Source: the human T2T-CHM13v2.0 reference genome, Homo sapiens. From it: 64,000 nt of DNA. Positions 39,858 to 58,642 of this stretch are shown one piece after another. The number at the start of each line of letters is the position of its first letter. The stretch's first letter is position 1. The translations under genes and the position numbers were made by a program. The stretch lies in the NCBI RefSeq assembly GCF_009914755.1, contig NC_060937.1; one strand, 5' to 3'. The notes beneath the pieces were generated by a model. The model was not told the origin of the DNA. It made no database searches and worked only from the letters and a program-made list of their open reading frames with translations.

Positions 39858-40444
39858 AGAGAAGAAAGAAGATCTCAAAGAAGTGCCATAAGATCCAGAT
39901 AGTCACATTGCCTCCAACCATTTTTGGTATAGTTATGAGTTTGGAGAAAAGAAATAATAATCTCAACCACTTGCCTGTCTTAACTCCAGATGCTTAAAAT
40001 AATTACTTTTAATATGCTTCTTATTAGATTTCAAACAAACTGCTCTTGACAACTACCTCTAGAAATGTCTTAGTGTTTTCCTTTCTATTTCATAATGAAA
40101 TGTTTTACCCACTCCAAGAGTGATACTGCAAACAGACATTGCTTCACTCAGATACATATGAAAAACAAAATCTGTAGAAGAGCTCCTAAGTGCTACCTTA
40201 ATCCTTTTTTCCCCTCCTATCCCTTCTTCTCTCCTCCTCTCCTCCCTCTCTCTCTTCCTTCACTCTTTCTTTCCCAACCTCCCTTCCTCCCTTCCTTCCT
40301 TTCTTCCTTCTTTCCATTAATCTGAAATCCTGTGGTGGAAATAGCAAAAGATAAAACGGACTCTAGCATTAGGAGTATTTTCAGAGATCTTGAAACATGA
40401 CACATAATTTTGAGGCAGAGCATAACTTTCTTTAGTGTTTTTTT

Positions 40445-40655
40445 AACTAACAGACTTTATGTTTTGAGTAATTTTAGTTTTAAGGAACTATGAGCAGAAA
40501 GTACAAATAGTTTCCTTATACAACCCCCCACCCCAGTTTCCCTTATTATTAGCATCTTGTGTGCTACATTTGTTACAATTGATGAGTCAATATTGGTGCA
40601 TTATTATTATTAAATAAATTCCATAGTTTATAGTAGGGTTCATTCTTTGTGTTAT
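40445..40655 (-). mobile_element. L1MC 3'-end fragment
   Basis: ACAGACTTTAT..GAGCAGAAAGTACA..TACATTTGTTACAATTGATGAGTCAATATTG..AGGGTTCATTCTTTGTGTT. Confidence 0.75.
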
Positions 40656-41386
40656 TATTTTTATTACCAAAATATAAAGGATGGAGCCCTGATATTCCCA
40701 GAGGCCCTGGTTAGTAGAAGCAGTAGAATTGCAGTAATGCCATTGCCATGTGCCTGAAAGAGTGGTTCTTGTGGGAGAAGACTTGAAGGAGCTAAAACGA
40801 TGGGTAGGCAGACAGGATAGGAGGGCTAATCAAACTGCTGAGTTCATGGTGGGACCTGACAAGAGAGGCTGCCCCTTAGTTACTCTGTATCATGACGCAC
40901 CAGGCTCAGAACCAGCCATGTGCTATGGAGTAGGTATAATTCGACTTAGTACTTTCTCTTATCATACACTCCTCATAGAGTTTTTTTTTTTCTCTCTACA
41001 TTGACTCTGAGGAAGTCTATGAGGGAGATTATCAGTCTCTGGTGAGTATTTTTAACTTTTCAAATGAAGTGATTATACAATGACAAAAGCTTTGCACTTA
41101 GAATATAGCTTCTCAACAAATATATTGAAGTTATTTTGAAGAATAAATTGTTTGTTTTAAACAATTTTTTAGCTATTAAAAACGTTGATGCCCAAATAAC
41201 TGCATCCTCACTATACATAATCTCTTTTACTAGGCCAATACTTACTGTTATTATCTAACTTTTGTGGAGTGCTGTGACTGCAGGGGATACTGGAAAAAGT
41301 ATAGGAATAAGCCCCCAGTGTTACATAGGCTTAAATTAATTTTGGGGGGCAAAAATTAAAGGTATATAATTAGTTCTATTTGTTAT

Positions 41387-41812
41387 TATTGTAAGTTGAA
41401 CTGTGTCCCGTTCTCCCCCAACCAAAAAGAAAGAAAAACCCAAAACTGAAACCCCTGTAGCTCGGAATGTGACTTTAGAGATGAAGTCTTTACAGAGGTA
41501 ATCAAGTTAAAATAAGGTCACTGGGCGGAAGGTTAATCCAAAATGACTGGTGTCTTTACAAAAAGGGAAAATTTGCACACGAAGACGCTGTGTAGACGAA
41601 GATGATGTGAGGACACAGGAAGAAGATGGCCCTGAAGCCATGGAGAAAAGAAGTCTGGAAGAGACTTCCCTCACAGCCCTCAGAGGGAGTCAACCCTGTC
41701 AACACCGTGATTTCAAACTTCTAGTCTACGGAAGTGTGAGACAATACATTTCTTTTGTTTAAGCCGCTGATTTTGTAGTACTTTGTTATGGTAGCCCTAG
41801 TGAACGGATACA
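41387..41812 (+). mobile_element. MLT1B-like MaLR solo LTR
   Basis: GTTGAACTGTGTCCC start, GTACTTTGTTATGGTAGCCCTAG..ATACA end; TSD GTTAT/ATTAT. Confidence 0.82.
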
Positions 41813-42606
41813 ATTATGTTTGTTTGTTTTTTTAAAAATTGCTTTCTGTTTGTGCCATATGTAGAATTCTCATTTTCAACTTCAACTGTTTTGGACTGGT
41901 GAATAAATTTTAACTTGTCATAGCAATTTTCACCCAAAGCACAATTTATAAAGCATGTATTGCCAGGTACACAAGAGGTATTTAATTTTTCTTTAGATGT
42001 ATTTTTAAAAGGCTTTACATACTCCTGCAGGATTGCCATGAACATAAATAATGCCTGTAATTGTCTGACACATAGAAATGCTCTATAAATATTACGTAAT
42101 ATTATTTTTAAACGTGCTGTCCACAACAGTCTTCTGAGTGTTGTATGTGGTAAAAGAGACTTTAGAGCAACAGGCTGTAAGACAGAGGAGCCAAAAGAGA
42201 GGCTTACATATTCCTCAAGCTGTCCACTCTCCTAAAAATACAATGTATCTTGAATAATTTATCTGAATAAAAACAACACGTGGCTTAAGAAAAGGTTTTG
42301 GGTAATAACTTGTTGATGTAAAAGACACATACAGTGGAAAATATTCACAAAGCACTAACGTACAATCTGTGATTCAGGTCTGTTTCCCTGCCCGCCCCCT
42401 GCCCCCAAACCCCCAGTTCTTCTAAAGGAGCACTAGGCTTATAACCTCTAATCTTGTGTGAAGCCTTGCTCTCCAGAGTTTCTGTTTACTTCCATTATTC
42501 CATGTAGAGCCATATATCTACGGATTTTATGCCTACTTGGACACCAGATATTCTTGCCTCTCCCTTGGGGTAATGGTAACAATCGTTTGCACCAAAAATG
42601 TAAATG

Positions 42607-42956
<350 letters not shown>

Positions 42957-44656
42957 CTAATAAAGACAAAAAAGCAGCCATTCTCATTCTTGTAATGCCT
43001 ATATGCAGTCTTCATTATCTAGATGAACAAAACTTCATCATCCCCAGTCAGTAAGTCAACCTGCCCATCAGGAGGCAGCCCCACTCACCTCAAGTGTCAC
43101 ACAGTCTTGGATTGTGTTCTCTTACCATGAGGAGGATGCTTGAAAATTCCAACCATAAACATCCACATCCACCAGATCAAGTCCATTTCTTCCTTTCTCT
43201 GGGGTAATGAATTTCAGAACTATAACCAAGTTGATTTCAAACTTTTGAGAGAAACCAGAGTTGAATGTTTTGGCTTTGCTTGCTGGTTGACATTTTTTAT
43301 AAATTACCTCTGTCTTCCCAGACAGAACTATTCATTTAAATAATAAAGTGTGAACTTTGACTTCTGTTTAGCTGGTTTATAAGATACAAGGCTCTCCTTT
43401 CAATGTATTAAACAAAATACCTAAACCAGGCATTTTTTTTTATCAATGTATACTCAAAATCTTTACTATTCTATTCTGATTAAAATCCCAGCTGAAATAA
43501 TTTTTATTCAAAAGACAAATTTTAATGATTTTTAAGCCTGATTCTGAGTTAGATAGAGGCAATGGAGTTAGTAAAAAAATAAATAAATTCTCAGCCCTTC
43601 AAAGATTTTGGGGTCAGACTCTCAGATTAGGTCATATATTTTTAATAACCTCACAAATGAGTCTAGTGCACTCAGCCTGACATGGGAACTGCAGACCATA
43701 TGCAATAAATTTTGGTATTAGTGGAACCCTGAAGTAATTTCAATAATAACTTCTAATGAGATAATTGCAATTTTTATGATTTAAAAATTTCTTAGCAATG
43801 ATAAATCTCTAAAAAGCAGTTTAGTATAGTGAACATAGATGTCCTTCAGGGTCAGATAAACCTTGACCAAGTTTCCCTGTATTTTAAGTGGGGATTATAA
43901 TAGTCTTGCAAGTAGACTGGAGACGATATGTATTGAATACCATTACAGTGCCAGGCACACACAGAATGCTCAACAAAGGATACCCATTACTATAGAAGAC
44001 ATGTAAAACCACTTCCCTGGGGAAAGAGTGTAACTTTTTAATTTTCCTAGTTTTTTCTGTATTACCTAAAAACAGCAGAAATTTAGGTGTCTAAACTTCA
44101 TTGTTTTTTATTTCTACAGACATGCGTTAATAGAATCCTCATATAACAAAACGTTCTTGATTTTTATCAAGGAGTACTAAAAGAAAGCCACACTATTACT
44201 TTTGCATGTTTGGCTAAATTGCTGAAAATATTGCTCACTGACCCTATTATAAAGGTTTACCTGTTGTTAAATACAAGGAAACATATTTTTCTTTTAACAT
44301 ACCAGCATTCTTCCAATTATACATAATGATTATTATAGGATTTATTTTTTCTTTAAGCCATCACTGCCAGGAAAGTGAATTCTGACCTAAATTTAATGCT
44401 TAACTATAATAATTCTTCTTGGATTTTTTGCATTAGGTTCCTTTCTTTGACTTTACCTCTCAACTCTTATTTTCCTGTCCATATCATTCTTTCCTAGTTT
44501 TTTTAAAATTTTATTTTAAAATCATCTTAAATAATGCAGGATGTAGGCATGAATGAATCAACTAATCAACCAAATTTCATAGTCACCTATTCCAGTAATA
44601 ATGCTGCATAACAAACCTTCCCAAAACTCACTATCCTATGACACAAACATTTATTC

Positions 44657-45190
44657 TGTCAAAACAAAACTTGCACTTGGTAAAGTAAAACAGGCAAGGA
44701 AGATTCTCCAAGACTATTGCAACACAAGAATGATTAATACTCAGTTTGAACCCAACTCCACTCAAACAAAGAGCTGGAGAATTTTTAAAGCAAGGATATT
44801 TTGGGGGGTTGAGGAGTAGATAGTAGTCTAAATATGCTTACTAATTGGCTTACCCAAAGGAAACCTAAACTTCCTTCAAGGCAGGAGGTAGTTTTGCAGC
44901 TTGGAGCAAAGTACCTGCTGAAGTTAGGCTCCTATCCTGCCATAGAAACTGGGAGATAGGGGTAAGGGGTGCTATCTTCCTTGATGATTACATTTCAAAG
45001 ACAGGTTCCCAGGTCCTTGAGAAAGACATTCATGAGGCTTTTTAAAACAATTTACATTTCGAAGGGGCAGAGAAAGAATTTACAATGACAAATTTTGTAA
45101 AATAAGTTCTTTAAGGGAAGGGAGGTCAGAACCCAGAAAAAGCCTATTTAAAGTTTAGAGAAGCTGAGAGGAAAGTTAAATTCTTCTTAA
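44657..45190 (-). mobile_element. ERV1-class LTR (MER67-like) nested in an old MLT1 LTR (~44580-45535)
   Basis: TGTCAAAACAAAA..AACAGGCAAGGAAGA..GAAGTTAGGCTCCTA..GATGATTACATTTCAAAG; the host MLT1 motif ATGCTGCATAACAAACCTTCCCAAAACTCA resumes after 45190. Confidence 0.7.
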
Positions 45191-46097
45191 CTTACAGAGT
45201 CTGTGCTCTGCTGATTAAGGCTGGGCTCACTCAGGCAGTTCTATTTAGGGCTGCAGCTTAGCTAGACTTGGCTCTGGGATTTGGCTTGCAGGTTGTTCAG
45301 CCTGCGGTCTATTTTTCACAAAGTATATTACCAACATGAAAGAGTCAAACTTTACCATGCAATCAATCTAAATCCACTAAGTGTATAACATCTGCCAATA
45401 TGTTTGACCAAAGCCAACAGACTTGGTCAATGGGTATTGGTCTTAAATATCAAAGGGTTAGGGAAATATATTCTGCCTTCAGTAATAGGGGAGGAATGTG
45501 AATATTTGTTGAAAAATAATTCAAACTATCTCAGCAATCAACCATCCAACAGAAGCGAATAATTAGCTGGAGAAGTAGAAACCTTCTCAGAATTAAAAAT
45601 ATATATATTGTTTAGGTGGTCCAACCTCTTTCTCAGCCTCACTTCCATCCTAAGATAGGGATAAGAAAAACAGACAAAAATACAACAAGGAAATATTACA
45701 GAAGAGACAAACGAAAATGAAGACGAGGGCCTCCAGTCTTTCAAATTCTTTGATGCACCACTTCAAATTCATGATGCCATAGTGGAAAAAAAATCTTAAA
45801 ATAACTGAGTAGTCAGACACACACAGGGAGACTGTAGCAAGCTATTATTGGAGAAATTCAGAGAAGAGAAAACCTATTACCTTCATATAAGAAAACATTA
45901 ATCATTATCATCTGGTGAAGCATACAGATATGAAAACAGGTGACAACAATACAGTTTAATAATAGCATACTAGACTGGATGCTCTATGAAAATAATAAAA
46001 GGGAAACAGGAGGCAAATATTTGAAAGTTCAGTTTTCAAGAAAGCAAGCATAAAAGTTTTTTTTAAATGAGGGCACAAAAAGAAGGATGCATATAAA

Positions 46098-47670
<1,573 letters not shown>

Positions 47671-49921
47671 GATGAAAAAGATAAAATCATAGCGTAGAGT
47701 CTTAAATTTGTTTCTTTATGTATTTTCTTTCTTTCCTCAGAATGCAAACTCCAGAAAAGCAGTCGCTGTTTCTATATTGTTTTTCTTGTATCTTAGCACT
47801 TAATACTAGAGGCAGATTAATTGAATATGTAGCTATCTATAATATCTATAGTGTTTATATATGTTAAGTGTTTATATATAAGTTAATGTATTTGTAAGGT
47901 TTCATGTTTTATGTATTTGGTCAATAATAGTTAAAACCTATTTTGATAAAACATGTTAGAAGGAAGAATATATTTTTCTACATAAAGTTATAAAATTACT
48001 GCCATTTGCTATTTAAGATACAATTAAAGGATCTGCAGCCGAAATACACAGGAAAAAATGTTTTAGGAATGTGTTATGCAATTATTTAATGAAAATGTTG
48101 TTTTATTCTGATTTGTTTTCAAATTTGTATTTTTATTCTCTTATTCTAAACAAGTATTTTTTGTACCTAATTTTGTATTCTTGTTGTTAAACAACCTCCC
48201 CTCTCAGTTGTATAAGCTTCAAGACTTCAAAACCTAGATCTACTTCTGCATAAAGTAATATCTCACAAACAGTAAGTACTGTTCACTAAGTACTGATTGA
48301 TTGAGTTAATGGATCTATTCAAGTCTTGTAGTAAAACCTAAATGCCTAATCGAGCTTTACAAATTTTTATTTGGACCAAGCAGTCCAAATAAGGGACAAA
48401 TTATATAATGATGATGGATAACAAACAAAACCACTTTATATATTTCAAGAAGAATAATCTTTATACTAAAAAGAATAAATATTGAAAAGGGACAACTGTC
48501 ATCCAAGATAGGAATAGGAGATAAACTGTAAAGAACACAGAGTTGATCAACACTTGCTGTAGTTTCAATCATGCACCCCCACCCCACCCTCCACAAGGTC
48601 TGAAAGCCCTAACCTGCAATTGGCAACAGCTCTTGATATTTACGGACCAAATTCCCTCACTGGGAATCACCACTGATAAAATTTGCACTGTTCAGCTTTA
48701 CCAAACCAAAGCCCATATGTATTCCACTAAAACAAAGTATTTACCTCTGGGCATTGTATATTAGGAAACAAAGTGAAAAAAAATTAGTAGAAATGATTGA
48801 CAAGGAGAGCCAAGAAATTATCTCATATGAAAAAAGAATAGAGTACTTGGGTTTTAAGGAAAACATACATAAAAGATATGGGAAAAGGCATTAATCAAGG
48901 ATTAGTGAAATTCACATTAAACCATAGCAATAAATTCTGGAAGATCAAGGCCCCAAGTGAGATATGACTTACTCCCACCCTCAATACACCATGAAACATG
49001 TGATAGCCATTTTCATATACTGAATATGAATATCAAGAGAGAGATAGATCCTATTTATCTAGTCAAAGAAAAGACTCTAGTGGCAAATGAGGGACTAATT
49101 CACGGATTTAAAGGCATGCAGTGTAGAAGAATTAGATTTATGTAACCCAGAGGTTAGATTTTGAGCTATGGTAAAGAAGCCACAGAAAGACACAAGAAAA
49201 GGCATTTTTTAATTTCTCACTCTTTGTATTTGATTCTCTAATTTCAAAGTTAACTTTAAAAAATACATAAAAAATTTCAAGCATCCTAAATTACACAAAA
49301 TTTGATATTTTTGTATTTATCCTGTCTTTTCTTATAAACATTTAATTTTCATTTTTAAAAAAAGTGCTTATAAACCTACACTAGGTATGTTATATGGTGG
49401 GAGAGTTTCAATGACTATATGGAAGGTTGGGCCAGGTTATGTTGATAATCCTTACCAAACCTTACATTCTAGGGTTCTTTTTAATAAATTATAGTTTTTA
49501 TTTCCTGCATTGGTAAATACTACTATGAAAGTTTTCAGACAAATGACCAATTAAAAAGAGGTCCAATTTTAATAGCCTTAGTTATTAAAATTTTTATCCT
49601 GTTTATACACATATGCCTACATTCACTTGCACAAACACACACATATACACACACTCTCATATATTTAATCAAAAGTTATTATAGCAGCTGATATTAAGGG
49701 CCAGTATTCTAGGAAGGTAAACTAGTGGAACTTTTCAATTGAGTTTCTATGTAGTGTCTCTGAGAAGTGAGAATGTTACAGATTTAGGAGAAGCCTCTGT
49801 TACATGAGATGAAAATATTTTGGCATTACCGCTTCCTGTGTTTGACAATTCTTAAAGTCTGTTATCTAAGTGAATAGATTCAAGCTTCCTATGAGGTGAT
49901 TTTGTCCTAAAAGATATTCTC

Positions 49922-50918
49922 AGGGAGGTTACAAGATGGCCGAATAGGAAGAGCTCCAGTCTACAGCTCCCAGCGTGAGCGACACAGAAGACAGATGATT
50001 TCTGCATCTACAACTGAGGTACCAGGTTCATCTCACTGGGGCTTGTCGGACAGTGGGTGCAGCCCACGGAGCAGGGTGGTGCATCACCTCAACTGGGAAG
50101 TGCAAGGGGTCAGGGGATTCCCTTTCCTAGCCAAGGGAGGCCGTGACAGACGGTACCTGGAAAATTGGGACACCCCCACCCTAATACTGCACTTTTCCAA
50201 TGGCCTTAGCAAGCGGCACACGAGGAGATTATATCCTGTGCCTGGCTCTGAGGGTCCCATGCTCACAGAGCCTTGCTCACTGCTACCACAGCAGTCTAAG
50301 ATAAAACTGCAAGGTGGCAGCAAGACTGGAGGAGGGGCATCCGCCATTGCTGAGGCTTGAGTAGGTAAACAAAGCAGCCCGGAAGCTCGAACTGGGTGGA
50401 GCCCACCACAGCTCAAGGAGGCCTGCTTGCCTGTGTAGACTCCACCTCTGGGAGTAGGGCATAGCTGAACAAAAGGCAGCAGAAACTTCTGCAGACTTAA
50501 ACATCCCTGTCTGACAGCTTTGAAAAGAGTAGTGGTTCTCCCAACAGGGAGTTTGAGATCTGAGAACACACAGACTGCCTCCTCAGGTGGGTCTCTGAAC
50601 CCCGAGTAGCCTAACTGGGAGACACCTCCCAGTAGGGGCCATCTGACACCTCATACGGCCTGGTGCCCCTCTGAGACAAAGCTTCCAGAGGAAGGATCAG
50701 GCAGCAACATTTGCCATTCTGCAATATTTGCTGTTCTGCAGCCTCCGCTGGTGATACCCAGGCAAAGAGGGTCTGGAGTAGACCTCCAGCAAACTCCAAC
50801 AGACCTGCAGCTGAGGGTCCTGACTGTTAGAAGGAAAACTAACAAAAAGGACATCCACACCAAAACCCCATCTGTACATCACTATCATCAAAGACCAAAG
50901 GTAGATAAAACCACAAAG
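49922..50918 (+). promoter_or_regulatory. L1 5'UTR internal sense promoter and antisense promoter (ASP)
   Basis: Complete 5'UTR with YY1 motif at about 49932-49942; many CpGs have decayed to TpG/CpA. Confidence 0.75.
50084..50347 (-). CDS. L1 antisense ORF0-like peptide, 87 aa, open frame
   Basis: MADAPPPVLLPPCSFILDCCGSSEQGSVSMGPSEPG.. is homologous to primate L1 ORF0; ATG context GCAATGG; expression unknown. Confidence 0.5.
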   Translation of the reverse strand: MADAPPPVLLPPCSFILDCCGSSEQGSVSMGPSEPGTGYNLLVCRLLRPLEKCSIRVGVSQFSRYRLSRPPLARKGNPLTPCTSQLR

Positions 50919-52262
<1,344 letters not shown>

Positions 52263-52325
52263 AGACCATCGAGGCTAGGAAGAAACTGCATCAACTAACG
52301 AGCAAAATAACCAGCTAACATCATA

Positions 52326-56137
<3,812 letters not shown>

Positions 56138-57737
56138 ACAATGAGAACACTTGGACACAGGGAGGGGAACATCACACACTGGGGCCTGTCGTAGGGTCAG
56201 GGGAGGGGGAGGGATAGCATTAGGAGATATACCTAATGTAAATGATGAGTTAATGGGTGCAGCACACCAACATAGCATGTGTATACATATGTAACAGACC
56301 TGCATGTTGTGCACATGTACCCTAAAACTTAAGGTATAATTTTAAAAAAAAGATATTATCTACTTGTCCCATAGCAATGTCCACAACATACTTCCTCAGA
56401 CTACCACATATTTTTCTTTCTCTCTCGGCATATAAACTAATTCTTCACTTATCATTATAGCCATTATATTTATGAGTCATCATTAAATATGTTTTCAACT
56501 TTATAACATTTTCTGTTTTTGTTAACTTAAAAATTCCCTTCCTAAACACCTTTTAAGTATACTTGAGAAAGAAAGTCATCTATGAACATTGCCTCCATTC
56601 TCTTCCTCCCCCAATCCCGTCTCACAGAATGAATCAGGTGCACAGATTACAACAGAAAACTGACAAATTCAGCTCTACAAACAAAACTGCCCTGAAAAAA
56701 AAATTTATTATTAGCTAAATGCTAGTTCCATGACACTTGAAGGAAGAATGGATATGATTTGTCTGGACATTAATTTGTTCCACACTGTAGACTTATGTTT
56801 TAAAGAATTATTTTAAAGTGAATTCAATTGAACAAATGAAGGAGGCTTTCTTTGACTACCACAGCTATTTGCTCTTACATTTTCCCTTTTCACTGACCCT
56901 ACTTTGTCTGCAGTTAGTTTATTTCCTTATAATTAATTTACTTTGAAATCTGGTAGGTATTACTCTGCAAGGCCCTGCAAGGATGCCTCTTTGCCCCAAA
57001 TACTGTGACTATTTCTATCAACACCAAAAGTTTCAAGAAATTTAAATTTGCTTTTTACCTGGAGGAAATTTTATAATGACAAATTTAGATCTGTAATTGT
57101 CTACATGGTATGTTGAGTTCTTTTTCTTAGAAATCTTTTTTGCCTAAATATAGATTAAGGTTTTGAAAAAAAATGAGTGACATTCCACACAATTATAATT
57201 AGAACAGTAAGTGTGCAAGAATACCTATCTGGCAAGAAAGCAAATGAACTGTTGGAGAATCTGAATTTAGAAAATTTTTGTAGCTCAAAAATAGGAAAAA
57301 TAATTTTTCGAGTCAGTCCTTACATCAAGTGCCATATTTTCTTAATTTGGGGATAACATTCTTATTTGGGGTGGTTACATTCTTATTAGCTACAACGTTG
57401 CTTCTGAATTTAAGATATTATACAGGGTCAGAACTGGCATAGCACCAAAATTCACATTCTAATCATACTTCTCTCATGGGGCTTTGACCACATAATCTGA
57501 CCATTCTAAGTTTCATTATTTGTCATCTGAAATATATGGGGACTCTACTAGGTGACCTGTAAGGGTTCCTTTCCACTCTATTGTTACATGATTTTAAGAG
57601 GATATGTCTCTTATAGATTAAATTGGACAAAAGTAGGCTGACAATAGTGATTGAATGACAGAAAAAAATTGAAGAGAGGGAGGATAAGGATAAAGGAAAT
57701 GTGAGAATAACAATCTGATTGTATACTTAGAAATGAC

Positions 57738-58006
57738 TTTTTTTTTTTTATTATACTTTAAGTTCTGGGGTACCTGTGCAGAACGTGCAGGTTTGTTACA
57801 TTGGTATACATGTGCCATGGTGGTTTGCTGCACCCATCGACTCGTCATCTACATTAGGTATTTCTCCTAATGCTATCTTTCCCCAGCCCCCCAACCCCCA
57901 ACAGACCCCAACACACAGGGTGTGTGATCTTCCCCTCCCTATCTCCATGTGTTCTCATGTTCAACTCCCACTTATGAGTGAGAACATGCAGTGTTTGGTT
58001 TCTGTT
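57738..58006 (-). mobile_element. L1PA (about L1PA7) 3'-end fragment
   Basis: TTTTATTATACTTTAAGTTCTGGGGTAC...CCCACTTATGAGTGAGAACATGCAGTGTTTGGTTT; no TSD found. Confidence 0.92.
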
Positions 58007-58407
58007 CATAAAACCTTGAACTACTGCTTTCAAGTTCTTAGCAGAAAATAGAAAGAGATGCTCCTGTAACACCCCATGCTTACCCAAGTCATAGAATCTA
58101 TCACAATTTTTAACACAGTACAATAAACATTCCATGTTATAATTTGCTTTCCTTATCTCTTTTTTGTGTATAAACTTCTTGGAGTGGCGGGAAGGGGGCC
58201 AGGAATGCAGAAGGTATTGCAGTTTCTTCATCATTGATTTCCCAACACTTAGTACTGGGCTTGACACATAGTAATTGCTCTGTAAATATTTGTTGAATGT
58301 AAGAATTTTCTCTCTTATCTTCTGTATTAATATCATTTTAACTCCTTTTTTTGATATTGTTTCAGGCATCACTGAACTGAGCACATCAACTCACTTATGG
58401 AGTCAGA

Positions 58408-58642
58408 GAAGGGATGAGCAAACTTCACCCTGCAGTCCAAACTTGCCCCACCATCTGTTTTTGTAAATAAAGTTTTATTGGCATACAGTCACATTCATTT
58501 TTTTTACATGCTGTCTAGCACTATTTTTGCTTTACAATGGCAAAGTTGATTAGTTGTGGCAAAGCCTAGTTAGCCTACAAAGCAAGAAATATTTAATTGT
58601 TGGTCTAATCGGTAACCCAGAAAAAGGTTACTGATTTCCAGT
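58408..58642. mobile_element. MER58-like hAT MITE
   Basis: CTGTTTTTGTAAATAAAGTTTTATTGG and GCCTACAAAGC..AAATATTTA core motifs. Confidence 0.75.

Noticed and set aside
45404-45430. TTGACCAA...TTGGTCAA hairpin
   Set aside because: It corresponds to the naturally near-palindromic TTGGCCAA..TGGCCAA region of MLT1 LTRs.
47720-47800. Strong acceptor-like TTTTCTTTCTTTCCTCAG
   Set aside because: It is followed by an L2 3'-end-like motif (AGAATGCAAACTCC) and no matching donor was found.
57854-58384. 176-aa minus-strand ORF
   Set aside because: A chance read-through from L2-like sequence into an L1PA 3' end (NQTLHVLTHKWEL is an alternative L1 frame).
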